Assembly (NCBI GenBank): GCA_964600735.1
Contig: CAZRLL010000001.1
Location: forward strand, 28,801-92,800
Length of the DNA: 64,000 bases
From: an uncultured archaeon
GTDB lineage: Archaea; Asgardarchaeota; Heimdallarchaeia; Heimdallarchaeales; Kariarchaeaceae
Reading direction: 5' to 3'
Shown here: piece after piece, positions 20,341-31,650 of the stretch
How positions within the stretch are numbered: position 1 is the stretch's first letter
Layout: every line of letters begins with the position of its first letter
Notes under the pieces: generated by a model
The model's database searches: none
What the model was told of the DNA's origin: nothing
Seen by the model: only the letters and a program-made list of their open reading frames with translations
Program-made: the position numbers and the translations under genes

Positions 20341-22194
20341 TTAAAACCAGTAACCAGACTCTTCTACAGTTTCTTGTTCAGGATAAGCTATTTCTAAAAT
20401 AATATGATAAGCAGACTGGATAATGTACCGCGAACAATCAAGCCCGTGGTCATCCATAGGGATAGGTTTTCTTCTAATAGGTTTTCCGTCAATACCACGC
20501 GGATACTTGTACTTTTCAAATTCGATTTCGGTACCAGGTAAGTCTGAATCGAGATACCTGTCTATTATATAGTAATAACTCTTCTCTTTCGCGCCATCTC
20601 CATAATCAAAGTACGTATCTAAATGAGCTCTGACAACATCAATTCCATCTTCTAACGCATTTACTGCAGAATACGTCTCTATATTATAGATCATGTCAAG
20701 GTCTATTCTTGCCTGTTTAGCAGAGGGATCAGCAAATATTATTTCTCCCTTCTTATAATCTGGACTGTTCTTTATCATCTGGGAATGATTCGCCATAGTA
20801 CTACTAGCAGACCTATATTCGTAGTAGATAGCAAACTTCAACTTGAATTTTAACTCCTCAACAGTTTCATCGACCTCTTCTATCGCCCTAACAACGTCAG
20901 CAAAATCAACTATGGCCTTCTGGTACACAAAGGGATGACCAGGACTACTTCCAAAGTCAACAGAGCTCATTGTTATTGTATGTTCACTAAAATCTATTGA
21001 CTGAACGTCGGGAACGTAATGAACTCCTTTATTCCAATTTTTTCCATAGACTAAAAACTCAGTACTAGGCTTCTTGTTGAACCATTGAGCGTCTAGAACG
21101 TCCTTATTTAACATTCTGACTTTGTCGATAAAGTCTTCTATCTTGTAGTACCCAGTACAGCTATGCGCCATCCCTCTACAGAATACTGGTTTACCCCAAA
21201 CTGGGCACTCGTCTTCAGTCTTTTCCTTACAATCGAAAGTGCACTTCTCTAAGATTTCCCATATACACCAAGAATAAACGACCATTCCAGTATCGTCGGC
21301 TTCTTCAAGTAGTCTCTGAAAGGTTCCGGAGTCGTACTTTCTAGTACTAAGAAACAGGTTTTGACCAGTAATTCCCTCTTTACTCATACTCATACTATGT
21401 GCTTCTTGGATTACGTCCCATTCAATCAACTCAACCTCATCTAACCGCACTTTCTGGGGATGAGGAGAATTCAAACCAGTCACGGTTCCAGTAATAACTT
21501 CCTGTTCTGAGTGATTGGTGTAGATCGTCTTAGATTTCGTAGGAATCCTCTCATACAAACTACTTAGAGTCGAGTTCTTATGAAACCCCAAAAAGTACTT
21601 GTAAACCTTATTTGCTTGCTCTTTAATAGCTCCAGCACTGGCAACCTCACAACCGCCTTTAAATGCCATATCTAAGTGATTTAACACTGCTACATTAGTC
21701 GTTTTCCCGCCAGTTCTATTCGCGAAAACTATAACGTTCCTTACCTCCTCAAAGAACATGTCCGCTACTAAATCGAAGGGAGAACAATGAGGATAGTCTG
21801 CCTCGTGTTTATCCGGATTAAACAACTCACATGTTCTTTGCCTTGGAATATTTAAGTTAAGGAATTCAGTGATATACCAATATAAAACCGCTCTATCTTC
21901 GATGCCGTTTTCTATTAAGCATTGAAACAACTCTTCGTGGCAATTCTTAACTCTATACCTTCTATCAAAACTTTCGGCGAATATTTCTCCGAAGTACGTA
22001 AACCCAGTATCAGATTCTATAGGTAACTCGAACCAATCACTTGGATACCGTCTATTTTTGATGTAATAACATAGCGCCTCAACACACACGTCATCTGGAG
22101 GTAAATGACTAGTCTGATCTAAGAACTTTTGACTAGGTATGACTTTCTTTTGTGGGATTTTTTTTCTTCTTGGTACTGGAGTAACTTTCTTCAT
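20341..22194 (-). CDS. terL: Terminase large subunit
   Basis: 617-aa ORF with Walker-A-like ANRTGGKTT and an Asp-rich C-terminal nuclease-like half. Adjacent to the portal gene. Confidence 0.7.
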   Translation of the reverse strand: MKKVTPVPRRKKIPQKKVIPSQKFLDQTSHLPPDDVCVEALCYYIKNRRYPSDWFELPIESDTGFTYFGEIFAESFDRRYRVKNCHEELFQCLIENGIEDRAVLYWYITEFLNLNIPRQRTCELFNPDKHEADYPHCSPFDLVADMFFEEVRNVIVFANRTGGKTTNVAVLNHLDMAFKGGCEVASAGAIKEQANKVYKYFLGFHKNSTLSSLYERIPTKSKTIYTNHSEQEVITGTVTGLNSPHPQKVRLDEVELIEWDVIQEAHSMSMSKEGITGQNLFLSTRKYDSGTFQRLLEEADDTGMVVYSWCIWEILEKCTFDCKEKTEDECPVWGKPVFCRGMAHSCTGYYKIEDFIDKVRMLNKDVLDAQWFNKKPSTEFLVYGKNWNKGVHYVPDVQSIDFSEHTITMSSVDFGSSPGHPFVYQKAIVDFADVVRAIEEVDETVEELKFKLKFAIYYEYRSASSTMANHSQMIKNSPDYKKGEIIFADPSAKQARIDLDMIYNIETYSAVNALEDGIDVVRAHLDTYFDYGDGAKEKSYYYIIDRYLDSDLPGTEIEFEKYKYPRGIDGKPIRRKPIPMDDHGLDCSRYIIQSAYHIILEIAYPEQETVEESGYWF

Positions 22195-22435
22195 CTCAGA
22201 ACGTACTCCTTTACTATTCGAAAATCGGTTTCGCCGTTTACGTCGTGAACAACGATCGTAGTCCAGTCTTTAGCTAGTAAAGCAACTTGAACGGCACTTT
22301 CTCTAGAAGAAACTATTTTGATAGCTCTCTTACTAGTTTCTCGCCTTACCGACCACTTACTTCTTGCAGATATAACGTGTATTCTACTTGGATTTCGAAG
22401 GCAGTGTATTAGTTTTTTCCGTATGTTATTTTTCA

Positions 22436-22636
22436 TTAGCCATGTGTAGGACAAGGCATCTCAGCCGTTGTCTTTCCTTTTAAATGGCAAGTACACCAAC
22501 CTGTAGAAGGTGATGGAGTTGAATATTCAAGACCAACAGTAACCCAGCCAAATCCACCACATCCATGGCAGGGTTTTTTATCGCTTCCATAAGTTCCCGA
22601 ACCGCCACAAACTTGACATATTTCTGCGTGTGACAT
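22436..22636 (-). CDS. DnaJ-type CxxCxGxG zinc-finger mini-protein
   Basis: CQVCGGSG ... CHGCGGFG repeats. Confidence 0.4.
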   Translation of the reverse strand: MSHAEICQVCGGSGTYGSDKKPCHGCGGFGWVTVGLEYSTPSPSTGWCTCHLKGKTTAEMPCPTHG

Positions 22637-22974
22637 AATTCCCCCTTTACGTTCCTAGAGTTTCATGTTCGTCATGTGTAATAGCATTTACGTAACTAAT
22701 CCTATCCTCACAGTCTTTACACTTCGAATTATTCTTATCCTTGTCTCGCATTTCGCAATCTAGGCAAGGATTCTTCAACTTCTCCTTTTCAAATGCATCA
22801 ACAGTATCTATCACGTCCACTGATGAACCAATTAAGTTAGTTTCAACTAACAAATCCTCAGCGAACTTGCCATGTTTAACTCCTATAACGGCACCTTGAA
22901 TTACTAATCTCATACGTTTTTCGATCTGGGAGTATATTTCAATATTAACATGAACTTCGTCTGAACTAACTTCC

Positions 22975-23598
22975 TTATTGTTGTACTTTTTTAGCAGATC
23001 TCTTAACTCGTCTATTTCCTGTTTGATTAACGCCATATAGAACCCTCCTGGCTTTTGTAACTTCCCGACGTATTGTTACCTGATCTCGCTTTAGTTTTAC
23101 CATTTCTGGGGTAATCCTAGAGTTTTCTACACCAGTAGAGACACGAATTAGCAATCTAACGTAGTTATTTGCCAGATCTTTACGATACCCTCCACCACGT
23201 TCGCGGCTACTTTTACGTATCCTTTCAGAATGTTCTACTGCGTACTTTCTAGTTGCTTTTAAGTTTATTTTACGTCTATGTTCAGTATGACTTCTCTCTA
23301 CTAGTCTTTCCCTATGACGCTGGTAATAATTCTTGTATATTTTCCTCTGCTTTACCCTGTATGGCTCGGTTTTATACAAGTCCGAATTAGCGTCGTAGTG
23401 TGCGCGTCTACTATTACACGCGCACACTTTACATAGGCTCCGAACTCCATACTTCCCGCCTTTCTGCTTATGGAATTCAGACAAGGCGTCTTTTTCCTTT
23501 TCACAGACTTTACATACTTTAGTTATGGAGTTTAGTTTGACGTCTTCTTTCCCTTTCAATGCGACGTTCCTTGTTTTTCTTCCAGCGTTCTTCTGCAT
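22975..23598 (-). CDS. Highly basic zinc-ribbon DNA-binding protein (possible small terminase subunit or regulator)
   Basis: Arg/Lys-rich 207 aa with CKVCEKE...CKVCAC pairs. Lies upstream of terL. Confidence 0.25.
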   Translation of the reverse strand: MQKNAGRKTRNVALKGKEDVKLNSITKVCKVCEKEKDALSEFHKQKGGKYGVRSLCKVCACNSRRAHYDANSDLYKTEPYRVKQRKIYKNYYQRHRERLVERSHTEHRRKINLKATRKYAVEHSERIRKSSRERGGGYRKDLANNYVRLLIRVSTGVENSRITPEMVKLKRDQVTIRREVTKARRVLYGVNQTGNRRVKRSAKKVQQ

Positions 23599-24252
23599 TG
23601 TACCTCTTGTGGGACGGTTTTCCTAGACATACGGCCGTGCTTTCTGTTCTTTCGGCCACCTTTGCGATTCCTCTTCGGGAATATTTCCATGATGAACCTC
23701 CTATTTTAGAGTCATTTCATCATGCACCTCCTTTCCTACTTAGTAGTACGAAATGTTATTTTAGTGGCATACTTGCGAAAGCGTAAGTACTACAACCACT
23801 AAGAAACGACTGTTTCCAACTCCAGTCATCTCTCACGAAGTTTTCGAACTCCGAAACAGACAGATCAATTAACGAATCTTCGTGCCAGTCTACTTGGTCG
23901 ATAATACTGTCATATTCTGGAGTGTGGTTACTAGGTTTCGGGAGTTCAAGATGCGTTCTGAATTCCTTTCCCTCTAGCGCCATTTGTACAGACTTTTGAA
24001 GTTCATGAGTAACTACTAGTTTCCAGTCTTCTAGAGCCTTCTTAAAACGTTCTTGGTGCTTATCCCTGTTCTCTTTCAACGTCTCCAACAACTTCGATTT
24101 CCCTACTTCTACTGAATTCATAACTTACCCTCCTTATTTCTTTAGCAGTTTAATTGTCAGTATTCCTAAAACGAACAACAGTACTCCCGCAATTATGTAA
24201 CTGTACGGAGGTACGAATACTATTTCCTTAACTAGTTGTATTTCCATGTTAG

Positions 24253-24444
24253 TTACCTTTTCGTCTCGAATGTGAAACCCATATGTCTACCAACGTTTTT
24301 TTCCTGTTTCGTGGGGCAACCACGCGCGAAGACGTTATGCAGTATCGTTACTCCACAATGAGGACATATACTGCTTCTACGTGAACATTCGATTTTACAG
24401 TTCCTACAATCATCATCGCATACTTTTTTGCATTGATCACACAT
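24253..24444 (-). CDS. Cys-rich zinc-ribbon mini-protein
   Basis: CDQCKKVCDDDCRNCKIEC...CPHCG. Confidence 0.3.
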   Translation of the reverse strand: MCDQCKKVCDDDCRNCKIECSRRSSICPHCGVTILHNVFARGCPTKQEKNVGRHMGFTFETKR

Positions 24445-24893
24445 AGTTTTACCTCATTTTTTTAGAATTTATAACTCCATTTACGAGTATACCAACAGAA
24501 ACCATTACTGAGGCGTAAGTAACGTTCCCTACTGTACGACCACGTGTTTTTGTAAGACCCGGCGTAGATAGAAACGTGGGGTTTTCGAAAACTACGGTCG
24601 AACCACAACCTAAGTTTAATAGCAGTACGCTTATACCTAACAAAAAGTGCTACTCTGACAATAAGCGGACTTGACTTGAAGTTGTAGTTTATACCATTCC
24701 TGTACTCTGTACCTTCTCGCATGTAGTGTATGTACTTCATAGTAGAACCTCGAATTTTTATATAATCTTTTTTGGGAAATTTTTAGATTTTTTTTTGGTA
24801 TTGTAAATCGCATCCCCCCTCCCACGCCCAAATGAAAAACGATTTCGCTTATAACGGACAGGGCCGCCCCCATCGGCTCGTTGAGTCGTCGAC

Positions 24894-25135
24894 TGCTCTA
24901 CGTCGCTACTACTAGTCGATACGACTGCTAGTAGTCGACTAGTCGCACACGTCAACGTCGCTACTACTAGTCGGTACGACTGATAGTAATAATCGACTGC
25001 TAGTAGTACTCGTGTAGCGTCGACTAGTCGATCAGTTAGAACCACTGTTGACACTAGTATTAGTCGATAAGACAACGTCGCTACTAGCAGTCGACTGGCT
25101 AACGTCGTTACACACGACTCGACGTCGACACGTGA
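24894..25135. repeat. Iteron cluster: at least 3 copies of CGTCGCTACTA(C/G)(T/C)AGTCG plus GACTGCTAGTAGT inverted copies and many SpeI/SalI-like palindromes. It is flanked by a GC-rich block (24820-24890) and a CT-rich block (25180-25330).
   Basis: Direct reading. The only large noncoding region in the window. Candidate ori, pac or terminase-recognition site. Confidence 0.6.
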
Positions 25136-25341
25136 CGTGTGCGAGTGAAACAGGAGAGTACGGTTATAGAGTCGTCTCAATTCTCTAATTTCCCTCTCCA
25201 CTCCTACATCTCCCAAACATACATATAACATCATACTCTCTCCATCTCTCTCTACTACTATACTATCCAAGGAGACTCTCTAGGACTGTCTGTTCTACTT
25301 ACATGTACTCTATCTCATGAGGCCTTCTTCGCGCTCCTATA

Positions 25342-25737
25342 CTAAGCCCTTACACCTCTACTCGACTTACTCTTGCTTATAGGAGGCCTCTCTGGTAAGT
25401 CTCTTATTAGCTTAGCATACTTCTTCTTTAGCCTTGGAGTCTTTGCACGCTCCCACATACAGAACTCTCCTTCTGGCATACCACGTCCTACAGCATTACA
25501 ATGCCCACTAGATGAAGACCAGATAACCGGACATTTCACTTGACACAAGTCATCATTTGGCTTAGTTGACGACACCCACTCGCATAAGAAACAATCGTTC
25601 TCTGCGTCTGGAATGTCTCCTCCATTTGACTTCCATCTAGGCCAATCTGTTTTAAATTTCGTAGGATGATGAAAGTGCCAATCCCACTGCTCTCTAAACA
25701 ACGCTATCGCTAACCCTTTACTTCTTCGCCTTCTCAT
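25342..25737 (-). CDS. Cys-rich protein, tandem paralog A
   Basis: Shares DWPxWKxNGGxIPxxExxCFLCEW...CP..WSS..G.CN with 25752..26090. Confidence 0.4.
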   Translation of the reverse strand: MRRRRSKGLAIALFREQWDWHFHHPTKFKTDWPRWKSNGGDIPDAENDCFLCEWVSSTKPNDDLCQVKCPVIWSSSSGHCNAVGRGMPEGEFCMWERAKTPRLKKKYAKLIRDLPERPPISKSKSSRGVRA

Positions 25738-25751
25738 TTCGCCCTCCTATA

Positions 25752-26090
25752 CTACCTTTCTGGTAAGTCTCTAATAAGTCTAGCGTACTTCCTCTTTAGT
25801 TTTAAAGTCTTTGCATTTTCCCACATATGGAACTCTCCATCTAACGAATTGCAACGTCCATTTTTTGATGACCACTTAAGGGGACATTTCTCTACACAAC
25901 TCTCTTTATAACTGTCTCTTACCCATTCACATAAGAAACATTCACATTCTACTTCTGGGATCTTCCCACCGTTCTTTTTCCATTCAGGCCAGTCAGACTT
26001 CTCTTTCGTTGGGTTACGAGAACACCAGTCCCATAAATCGTCATGCAACTCGATTGTCCTTGCCTTGTTAAACTTTTTTCGTTTCGTCAT
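25752..26090 (-). CDS. Cys-rich protein, tandem paralog B
   Basis: Paralog of 25342..25737. Confidence 0.4.
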   Translation of the reverse strand: MTKRKKFNKARTIELHDDLWDWCSRNPTKEKSDWPEWKKNGGKIPEVECECFLCEWVRDSYKESCVEKCPLKWSSKNGRCNSLDGEFHMWENAKTLKLKRKYARLIRDLPER

Positions 26091-26816
26091 TTTGCTCTCC
26101 TACTTACCCTTCAAGTACTTCTGGTCTCTTATTTCGATTAGTAGTTGATTACCTTTAATCACTTCACTTCTTATGCGACGTATATAAAACGGAATCATGA
26201 GAGTAAAAGCAATTAGGTAGATTCCAAAGATTGAACCTGCTACAATAGCAAACGAAGTAAAAAATCCTATGCTATCCATAAATCACTCCATCCTTGACTA
26301 TCTCCATATTTCATTCTCGTTGTTTTAACCACTACCACGAATACTGGTAAAATCAGTATATACACTACATAACACGCTAGTAAAATCCAGGCTAGTTTAC
26401 TACCAAGATCTTCCAACCCTTCTTCTTGCAGTATATTCTGACTTCTGCTAAAGTCCAATTTCGCATGTATTTTATGATTGGTGCACATCGTCTTTGTTTC
26501 CCTTCAATAGAAATACCAGCACAAAAGTACCTAGACGTTATCTGAATCAAGTTTACCTTATTCAAAACAGTCTAAAAGAAAAACTATATAAAGCGAACCC
26601 ATTGAGACTACTCCTAATACTAAAAGACCACCTATTACATAAATCATTTTCTTTTCTCCTGGAAGTAAGGCTTAATCGTAACCTCTTCGTCACGCAAAAT
26701 CTTTCCAAGTATTCCAGTATCTAAAAGTAACTCTTCGACTTCATTCTTTTCAAAGACCGTAAAACGCTTTTCCGTTTTCTTACCAAGTTTACTAGTCTTT
26801 ATTATAAGGTCTACTC

Positions 26817-27002
26817 TCATCCACCTATCTCCATTAGTTTGATCGTGTTTTCATGAGCTTTTACTACTTTTTCAGTTGAATAGAAGTGCTCCTTAACTAC
26901 ATCAAAGCAAATGAAAAGGCATTCATCGCAAATACTAACATCTGGACCTACGACTAACACCGCTACCTCATTCTGATGCTTCTTACAAAATGAACAGATC
27001 AT
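26817..27002 (-). CDS. ClpX N-terminal zinc-binding-domain (C4 ZBD) look-alike, stand-alone 61-aa protein
   Basis: MICSFCKKHQNEVAVLVVGPDVSICDECLFICFDVV aligns with the E. coli ClpX ZBD [36 protein letters not shown]. Confidence 0.6.
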   Translation of the reverse strand: MICSFCKKHQNEVAVLVVGPDVSICDECLFICFDVVKEHFYSTEKVVKAHENTIKLMEIGG

Positions 27003-29296
27003 TTATCCTCCACTTTCTGCTCAACAAATGGAATACTAACAGAATAGTTGTCAACTCCCACACCTGGAGTTGTTATACGTCGCTCACACTTACAAGACTG
27101 GCAAGTAATAAGCCAGTAGTGTTCTTCCTTACTAATATAGAAAGACTCACAACCACAAAAACACTTTTCCTTTTTCATTGTCTTACTCCACTGATGATTT
27201 TCGGTTATTGCTCTCGCACTAGACTCCCAACCAGCCACAAAAAAAAAGCCCATAACGAGCCATCTAACCAATCGTCGTATTCTGCCCATTCTCGATGCTT
27301 TCTATACTCCCTCGTACCTTTGTAATTATTCCATGCGACTAACATTAGATGATCTTTTGGTAATGGTGCTTCAATAGGCATATTAATCCTCCTGCTTCTT
27401 CTCAGTACGAATGTCACCAGTATGGACGTCAGTTACTTCATGAGTATGAACTTCTTTAGTTTTGAAGATTCCACCGCTTCCATCTGGTATTAAAGGAGTT
27501 GTTTCTTTAGAAATCTGTCTTTTCTCGGACACCTTTTTAAAAATACCATAACTTGCTTCTAGTCTATCAAGCATTTTTTCCATATACGGCCATGATATCT
27601 TCCCGTCTCTAACAAGCCTTATACTCGTACTAAGACACTCTTCATAAAGTCTGTCTCTTAATTTTGACCATCGCTCAAACTTGTCCCCAAGTAGATGTCT
27701 GATTCTTTCCTGCACTAACCTATCTTCTAAATAAGCTAGAACCCTATCGGCAGGAATGTCAAGTGAAATCGCTACTTCTTCTGGGGAAAAACCAGAACGT
27801 ATTCTTTGGGCTACTTCTTCCATTTCACCAGTAAAAGTAACCGAACTTCGCTTCAACTTTTTCGTTCTAATAACCATCTCCATCCCATTGTATTTGAAAG
27901 TTTGATTCCCTTAACACTAAATTTTCACAAGTAGATAAAAGAATTCCAAATTCAGTCTTTAATAACCGTCGCATCTTCCCAGTGTCTCTCTTTACATGTA
28001 ACGCGACTCGTAGCTTGTCCTTATCAATACTAAGAACTATACATACCATATTAAGACTCATTACATCGCTTATGCTGTCTTCGTAAAACAACCAGTATTT
28101 AGCAGCGTTGTGTTCAACGGAACCTCTAGAGTAAAAGAAGTAGTCGTTAATTGTGTTAAGCAACATTGTTTCGTAAAGACTGACTACGCCTTCTGGCTTA
28201 ACATAATAGTCGCTAATACGGGTTCTCTTAGGTTGACTTTTTACCAACAATCTCATCAGTATACTTTCCTAGTGCAATCCAACAGTCTCCTTCATTATCA
28301 TAAGGGCCAACTCTGTCTTTTAAGTCATTCCAAAAATACCACTTTCCCTCATGCAAGTGTACTATTTTTTCATTCATATAATATCCCATCCTCTCAATAA
28401 AACTCTTCCTAACCTTTTCCAATCAGAATCAGCACATAGAGGACATTTACCTAAACTACCTAGTTCTTTCCAGGCTTTAAACTCTGGTGGGTTTTCCTCG
28501 CGTTTATTCTTGATCCAGGTAGAATACCATTTAGGATGGCCAAATGATACCCAGTACTTCTTCTTACACTTACTACACGACTTCCCTGCTACTATAACAG
28601 ACATTACTTTTCCTTTCCCTTTTTTATTCTCGTTCCATCAACTAAATCTTCAACTAACGGAATTAACAACGTGTCAGTATAAAATGTAACTGATGGCGCT
28701 TTTGGTCTGTTTAAATGGCGAGTTAACTGAGGTCCACCATGTCTAATGTACAACTCGTCTAGTAACCCATGATTTCTAACGTAAGCGTAATGAAGTTTCT
28801 CCCTGTATTCTTCTTTCATTTCTAAAGTTGTACAGGCATTCATTGCCATTGATAGGGTTTGAAGTTGGTAGTTGTTTTCTAATAAAGGAGCAACTTCTTC
28901 TGGTCTGAGTTTTATAGAAGCCTCGATGTAAAAACCCAACTTCCTACCACACCACCATTTAATACGGTCTATTAAACTGACAGTTTCCATTTAATTACTT
29001 CCCCCGATCTTCAAATCTTCTAATAACTTTGTCTATTTCTAACTCACCAACTACTTCTATGTCTTTCCAAGTTATATCAACGTATCCTGGCTTCTTACTC
29101 TTTGCGTATGTTCCTAAAAGCCAAGTATCTGATATTAACGTACAGTTCTTAGGTACATAATAAGCACTAAATTTCTGCCCATGAGCTTCGAAACTGTAAA
29201 CATGACGTTTCCACTTTTTACCTATAGTAGTCCCAGTAGGTACAGACATAGAATATTCTAGTAAGTCATCAAACTCTTCCTTAGTTAAGTAAACTT

Positions 29297-29743
29297 TCAT
29301 TTTATTGCACCAAATCCTGCATTAAGATCAAAAGCATGTTTTTGTTTAAATGGATTGGATGTTAACTCAAAATGTACTAGGTCATTAAAAGCACCTTTTG
29401 GATTTATTTCCCCGCTCCAGGCACCACCCCACCTGATTAGAATACCCATTGTAGAAGCAAGACTCGTAACAATACCACCTAAGAAGTAAAAACGCTTATG
29501 GTCTTCCCAATCAATAGGAAACGGCGCAGCATCTAACGCTTCTGACGGAATCTTGTTGTGTTTACTATCGGGCCAGTCGAGTTTCGAACTTCCCATTAAG
29601 TAAAAGCTGTTTTGCTCGAGTTGCCCCCGATGTCCTACTAAAATAGTAACATCAACTATCTTGATGACTTGATGAAACAAGTCTTGAAGTAGTGGATCGC
29701 AAGTTTCTAGTTGCTCTATAGATTTTTTACCGTACAGAAACAT
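29297..29743 (-). CDS. M15-family zinc peptidase-like protein (candidate endolysin, VanY/L-Ala-D-Glu peptidase-like)
   Basis: SKH...AxD and D..HFEL motifs resembling the Zn-binding H/D/H triad of Peptidase_M15. Confidence 0.4.
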   Translation of the reverse strand: MFLYGKKSIEQLETCDPLLQDLFHQVIKIVDVTILVGHRGQLEQNSFYLMGSSKLDWPDSKHNKIPSEALDAAPFPIDWEDHKRFYFLGGIVTSLASTMGILIRWGGAWSGEINPKGAFNDLVHFELTSNPFKQKHAFDLNAGFGAIK

Positions 29744-29977
29744 TCTTTCTCCTATACCCAGTTTTCTTCAGGGACCTTAAAACTCAAGCCAGGATTTCGC
29801 TATTCCCTTTTTAACGCATCTAATATCGCTACTACATGATTTGCTGTCGCTTTGCTGTAAAGTTGGTGATCGCCGTCTACTATATCAGTAGGTAGTCCTA
29901 TATCCCAATTTTTAATACAATCCCATACTGCATTAAAATCCGGCGTTGTAAGTTCGTATGGTAATGGATCTCTTAGT

Positions 29978-31546
29978 TCATTCATTTTTTCGTCTCCTAT
30001 ATTGAATTCGTTTCAATAAGCGATACATTCCCAGTTTGTGGATCCACCACAGTAAGAAAGTCTTCACCAAGTCTTTTCCCCAACACTTCACATATTGAGA
30101 ACATCTCTCTGACCGTAATACAGCCTGCCAATATTGTGATTGATAAGGTTTTGCAGCCCACATCCTTTCGAACATTGGTGTAGCTTTGAACTCCCTGTTC
30201 CATCTGTCCCATATTACCTCCAAATCTAACTTATGGTCGCTTAATCTGAATCTCTCCAATGGATTTAGCCGGTTTCCTATTAAAAGGTGATATTCGTCTG
30301 TGGTAAGCTTTGGCTTGAACTGATCTTCGTAAATTTTGGTTCCTGGATAAGGAGTGGTGACGCCGAATATGACGCCAGCCGATGGTTTGATTTCTTTCAA
30401 AAATTGGTGTGTAGATTCTAAATCTTTCGATGTCTCGCCAGGCAAATTCAAGAGCATTGTAGCGAAAGACCGCAACTTGTATTTCTTGCACCACGAGAAT
30501 ACGTGACGAATTTGATCTAGTGTTATTCCTTTGTTTACTTGATCCAAAAGTTGTTGGCTCCCCGATTCCACTCCTATATCTAGTTGTATGCATCCTGTGG
30601 CTTTTAGTCCCCTGATCATTTCCTCTGAACATATGTCTGCCCTCGTTTGAGTTGCGTAAGGTATTTCAACTATACTTTTTCTTGACGAATAAGTTTCAGT
30701 CTTACTCTTCCATTCAAACCACCCATTCATCCACTTCTTTGACATACCAAACATGTCGTCAAACAAGTAGAAAAAATCTATGCTATAAAATTCCTTCAAT
30801 TGCACAATCTCGTTTATGACATTTCCTACTGGTCGCAATCTACACGCTTTTCCTTCATTTGCCTGCCACACGTTATTCGCAGCACAAAAGTCGCAATCAA
30901 AAGGGCAACCTCTACCGGCAAAAATACAGACCATAGATGTGTAGATACGCCGAATAATAAGCTTCTGAGGATAAAGATAATAATCCATATCAACGAGATC
31001 ATAGCTAGGACTTGGTAAATCTCCCATATCCATGACTCTTCGTTTTTTTGTTTTAACATATTCTGGCTCCTTTAGTACGTAAGACATGTAAGCAATACCA
31101 GCAACTTCGTCTAACCGTTTAGTTACAGGTTTGTCGTACCAACACCATAAATCATAACAAGTCTCTTCTCCTTCTCCTAATACAGCTACATCGAAATTCG
31201 ACTCTTTAAAAATGAAGTCTTGCGGACTAATCGTACTATGCGCGTTTCCCACAAGTAAAGTTGTATCTGGTTGATTAAGTTTGACAATACCCCCAAGACG
31301 CATAATAGCAGGATAATCACTATGAAAAGCAGCCAACCCAACAAAACGGGATGGGTTACATCTAAGTTCTTGACTAATCGTTGAGTAGTGTACTTCAAGT
31401 TCATGAGGCCTATCACCTCCCTTTACGTCTACAATCTTAACCCTAAGACCCTTCTCTCTCAAATAAGCAGATAAGTAGAGAAAGTAATAAGGCGGATGCG
31501 GATTACGTGCATTAGTCGGACTTGTTATGAATAGAAAGTCTAACAT
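29978..31546 (-). CDS. B12-binding radical SAM enzyme
   Basis: CPFDCDFC (CxxxCxxC) and an N-terminal cobalamin-binding-like domain. The start was moved to MLDFLF with its RBS, because the ORF-track start overlaps the tRNA-like element. Confidence 0.65.
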   Translation of the reverse strand: MLDFLFITSPTNARNPHPPYYFLYLSAYLREKGLRVKIVDVKGGDRPHELEVHYSTISQELRCNPSRFVGLAAFHSDYPAIMRLGGIVKLNQPDTTLLVGNAHSTISPQDFIFKESNFDVAVLGEGEETCYDLWCWYDKPVTKRLDEVAGIAYMSYVLKEPEYVKTKKRRVMDMGDLPSPSYDLVDMDYYLYPQKLIIRRIYTSMVCIFAGRGCPFDCDFCAANNVWQANEGKACRLRPVGNVINEIVQLKEFYSIDFFYLFDDMFGMSKKWMNGWFEWKSKTETYSSRKSIVEIPYATQTRADICSEEMIRGLKATGCIQLDIGVESGSQQLLDQVNKGITLDQIRHVFSWCKKYKLRSFATMLLNLPGETSKDLESTHQFLKEIKPSAGVIFGVTTPYPGTKIYEDQFKPKLTTDEYHLLIGNRLNPLERFRLSDHKLDLEVIWDRWNREFKATPMFERMWAAKPYQSQYWQAVLRSERCSQYVKCWGKDLVKTFLLWWIHKLGMYRLLKRIQYRRRKNE

Positions 31547-31557
31547 AAATTTAAAGG

Positions 31558-31646
31558 TTGGGAGTAGGAGAGATTCGAACTCTTCGGGTTGTACTCCACT
31601 ACCATGTGGACCCACCGGTTCTGCGCTAAAACCGGCTCTACTCCCA
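31558..31646 (-). tRNA. tRNA-like element. It has a 7-bp acceptor stem and a T-arm AGAGTTCGAATCTCT identical to Ser-type tRNAs, but non-canonical D/anticodon arms (TCCAC-ATGGTA-GTGGA hairpin with a 6-nt loop). Isotype undetermined; it may be a degenerate tRNA or att-related.
   Basis: Reverse complement is GGGAGTAGAGCCGG...GAAGAGTTCGAATCTCTCCTACTCCCA. Confidence 0.4.
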
Positions 31647-31650
31647 CAAT

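Noticed and set aside
24449-24873. Three overlapping small minus-strand ORFs (64-92 aa) and a TTTTCGAAAA palindrome
   Set aside because: There is no consistent coding signal or motif. This region is possibly a leader/regulatory region adjacent to the repeat block.
24894-25135. Possible CRISPR array
   Set aside because: The repeats are ~18 bp, irregularly spaced, and mixed with inverted copies. This is not a repeat-spacer architecture.
24758-25270. 170-aa minus-strand ORF
   Set aside because: It lies entirely within the iteron/CT-rich noncoding region. Its low-complexity translation derives from the repeats and it has no RBS context.
31547-31615. N-terminal 23-codon extension of the radical-SAM ORF
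   Set aside because: It overlaps the tRNA-like element. An internal Met with an RBS at 31546 gives a conventional start.
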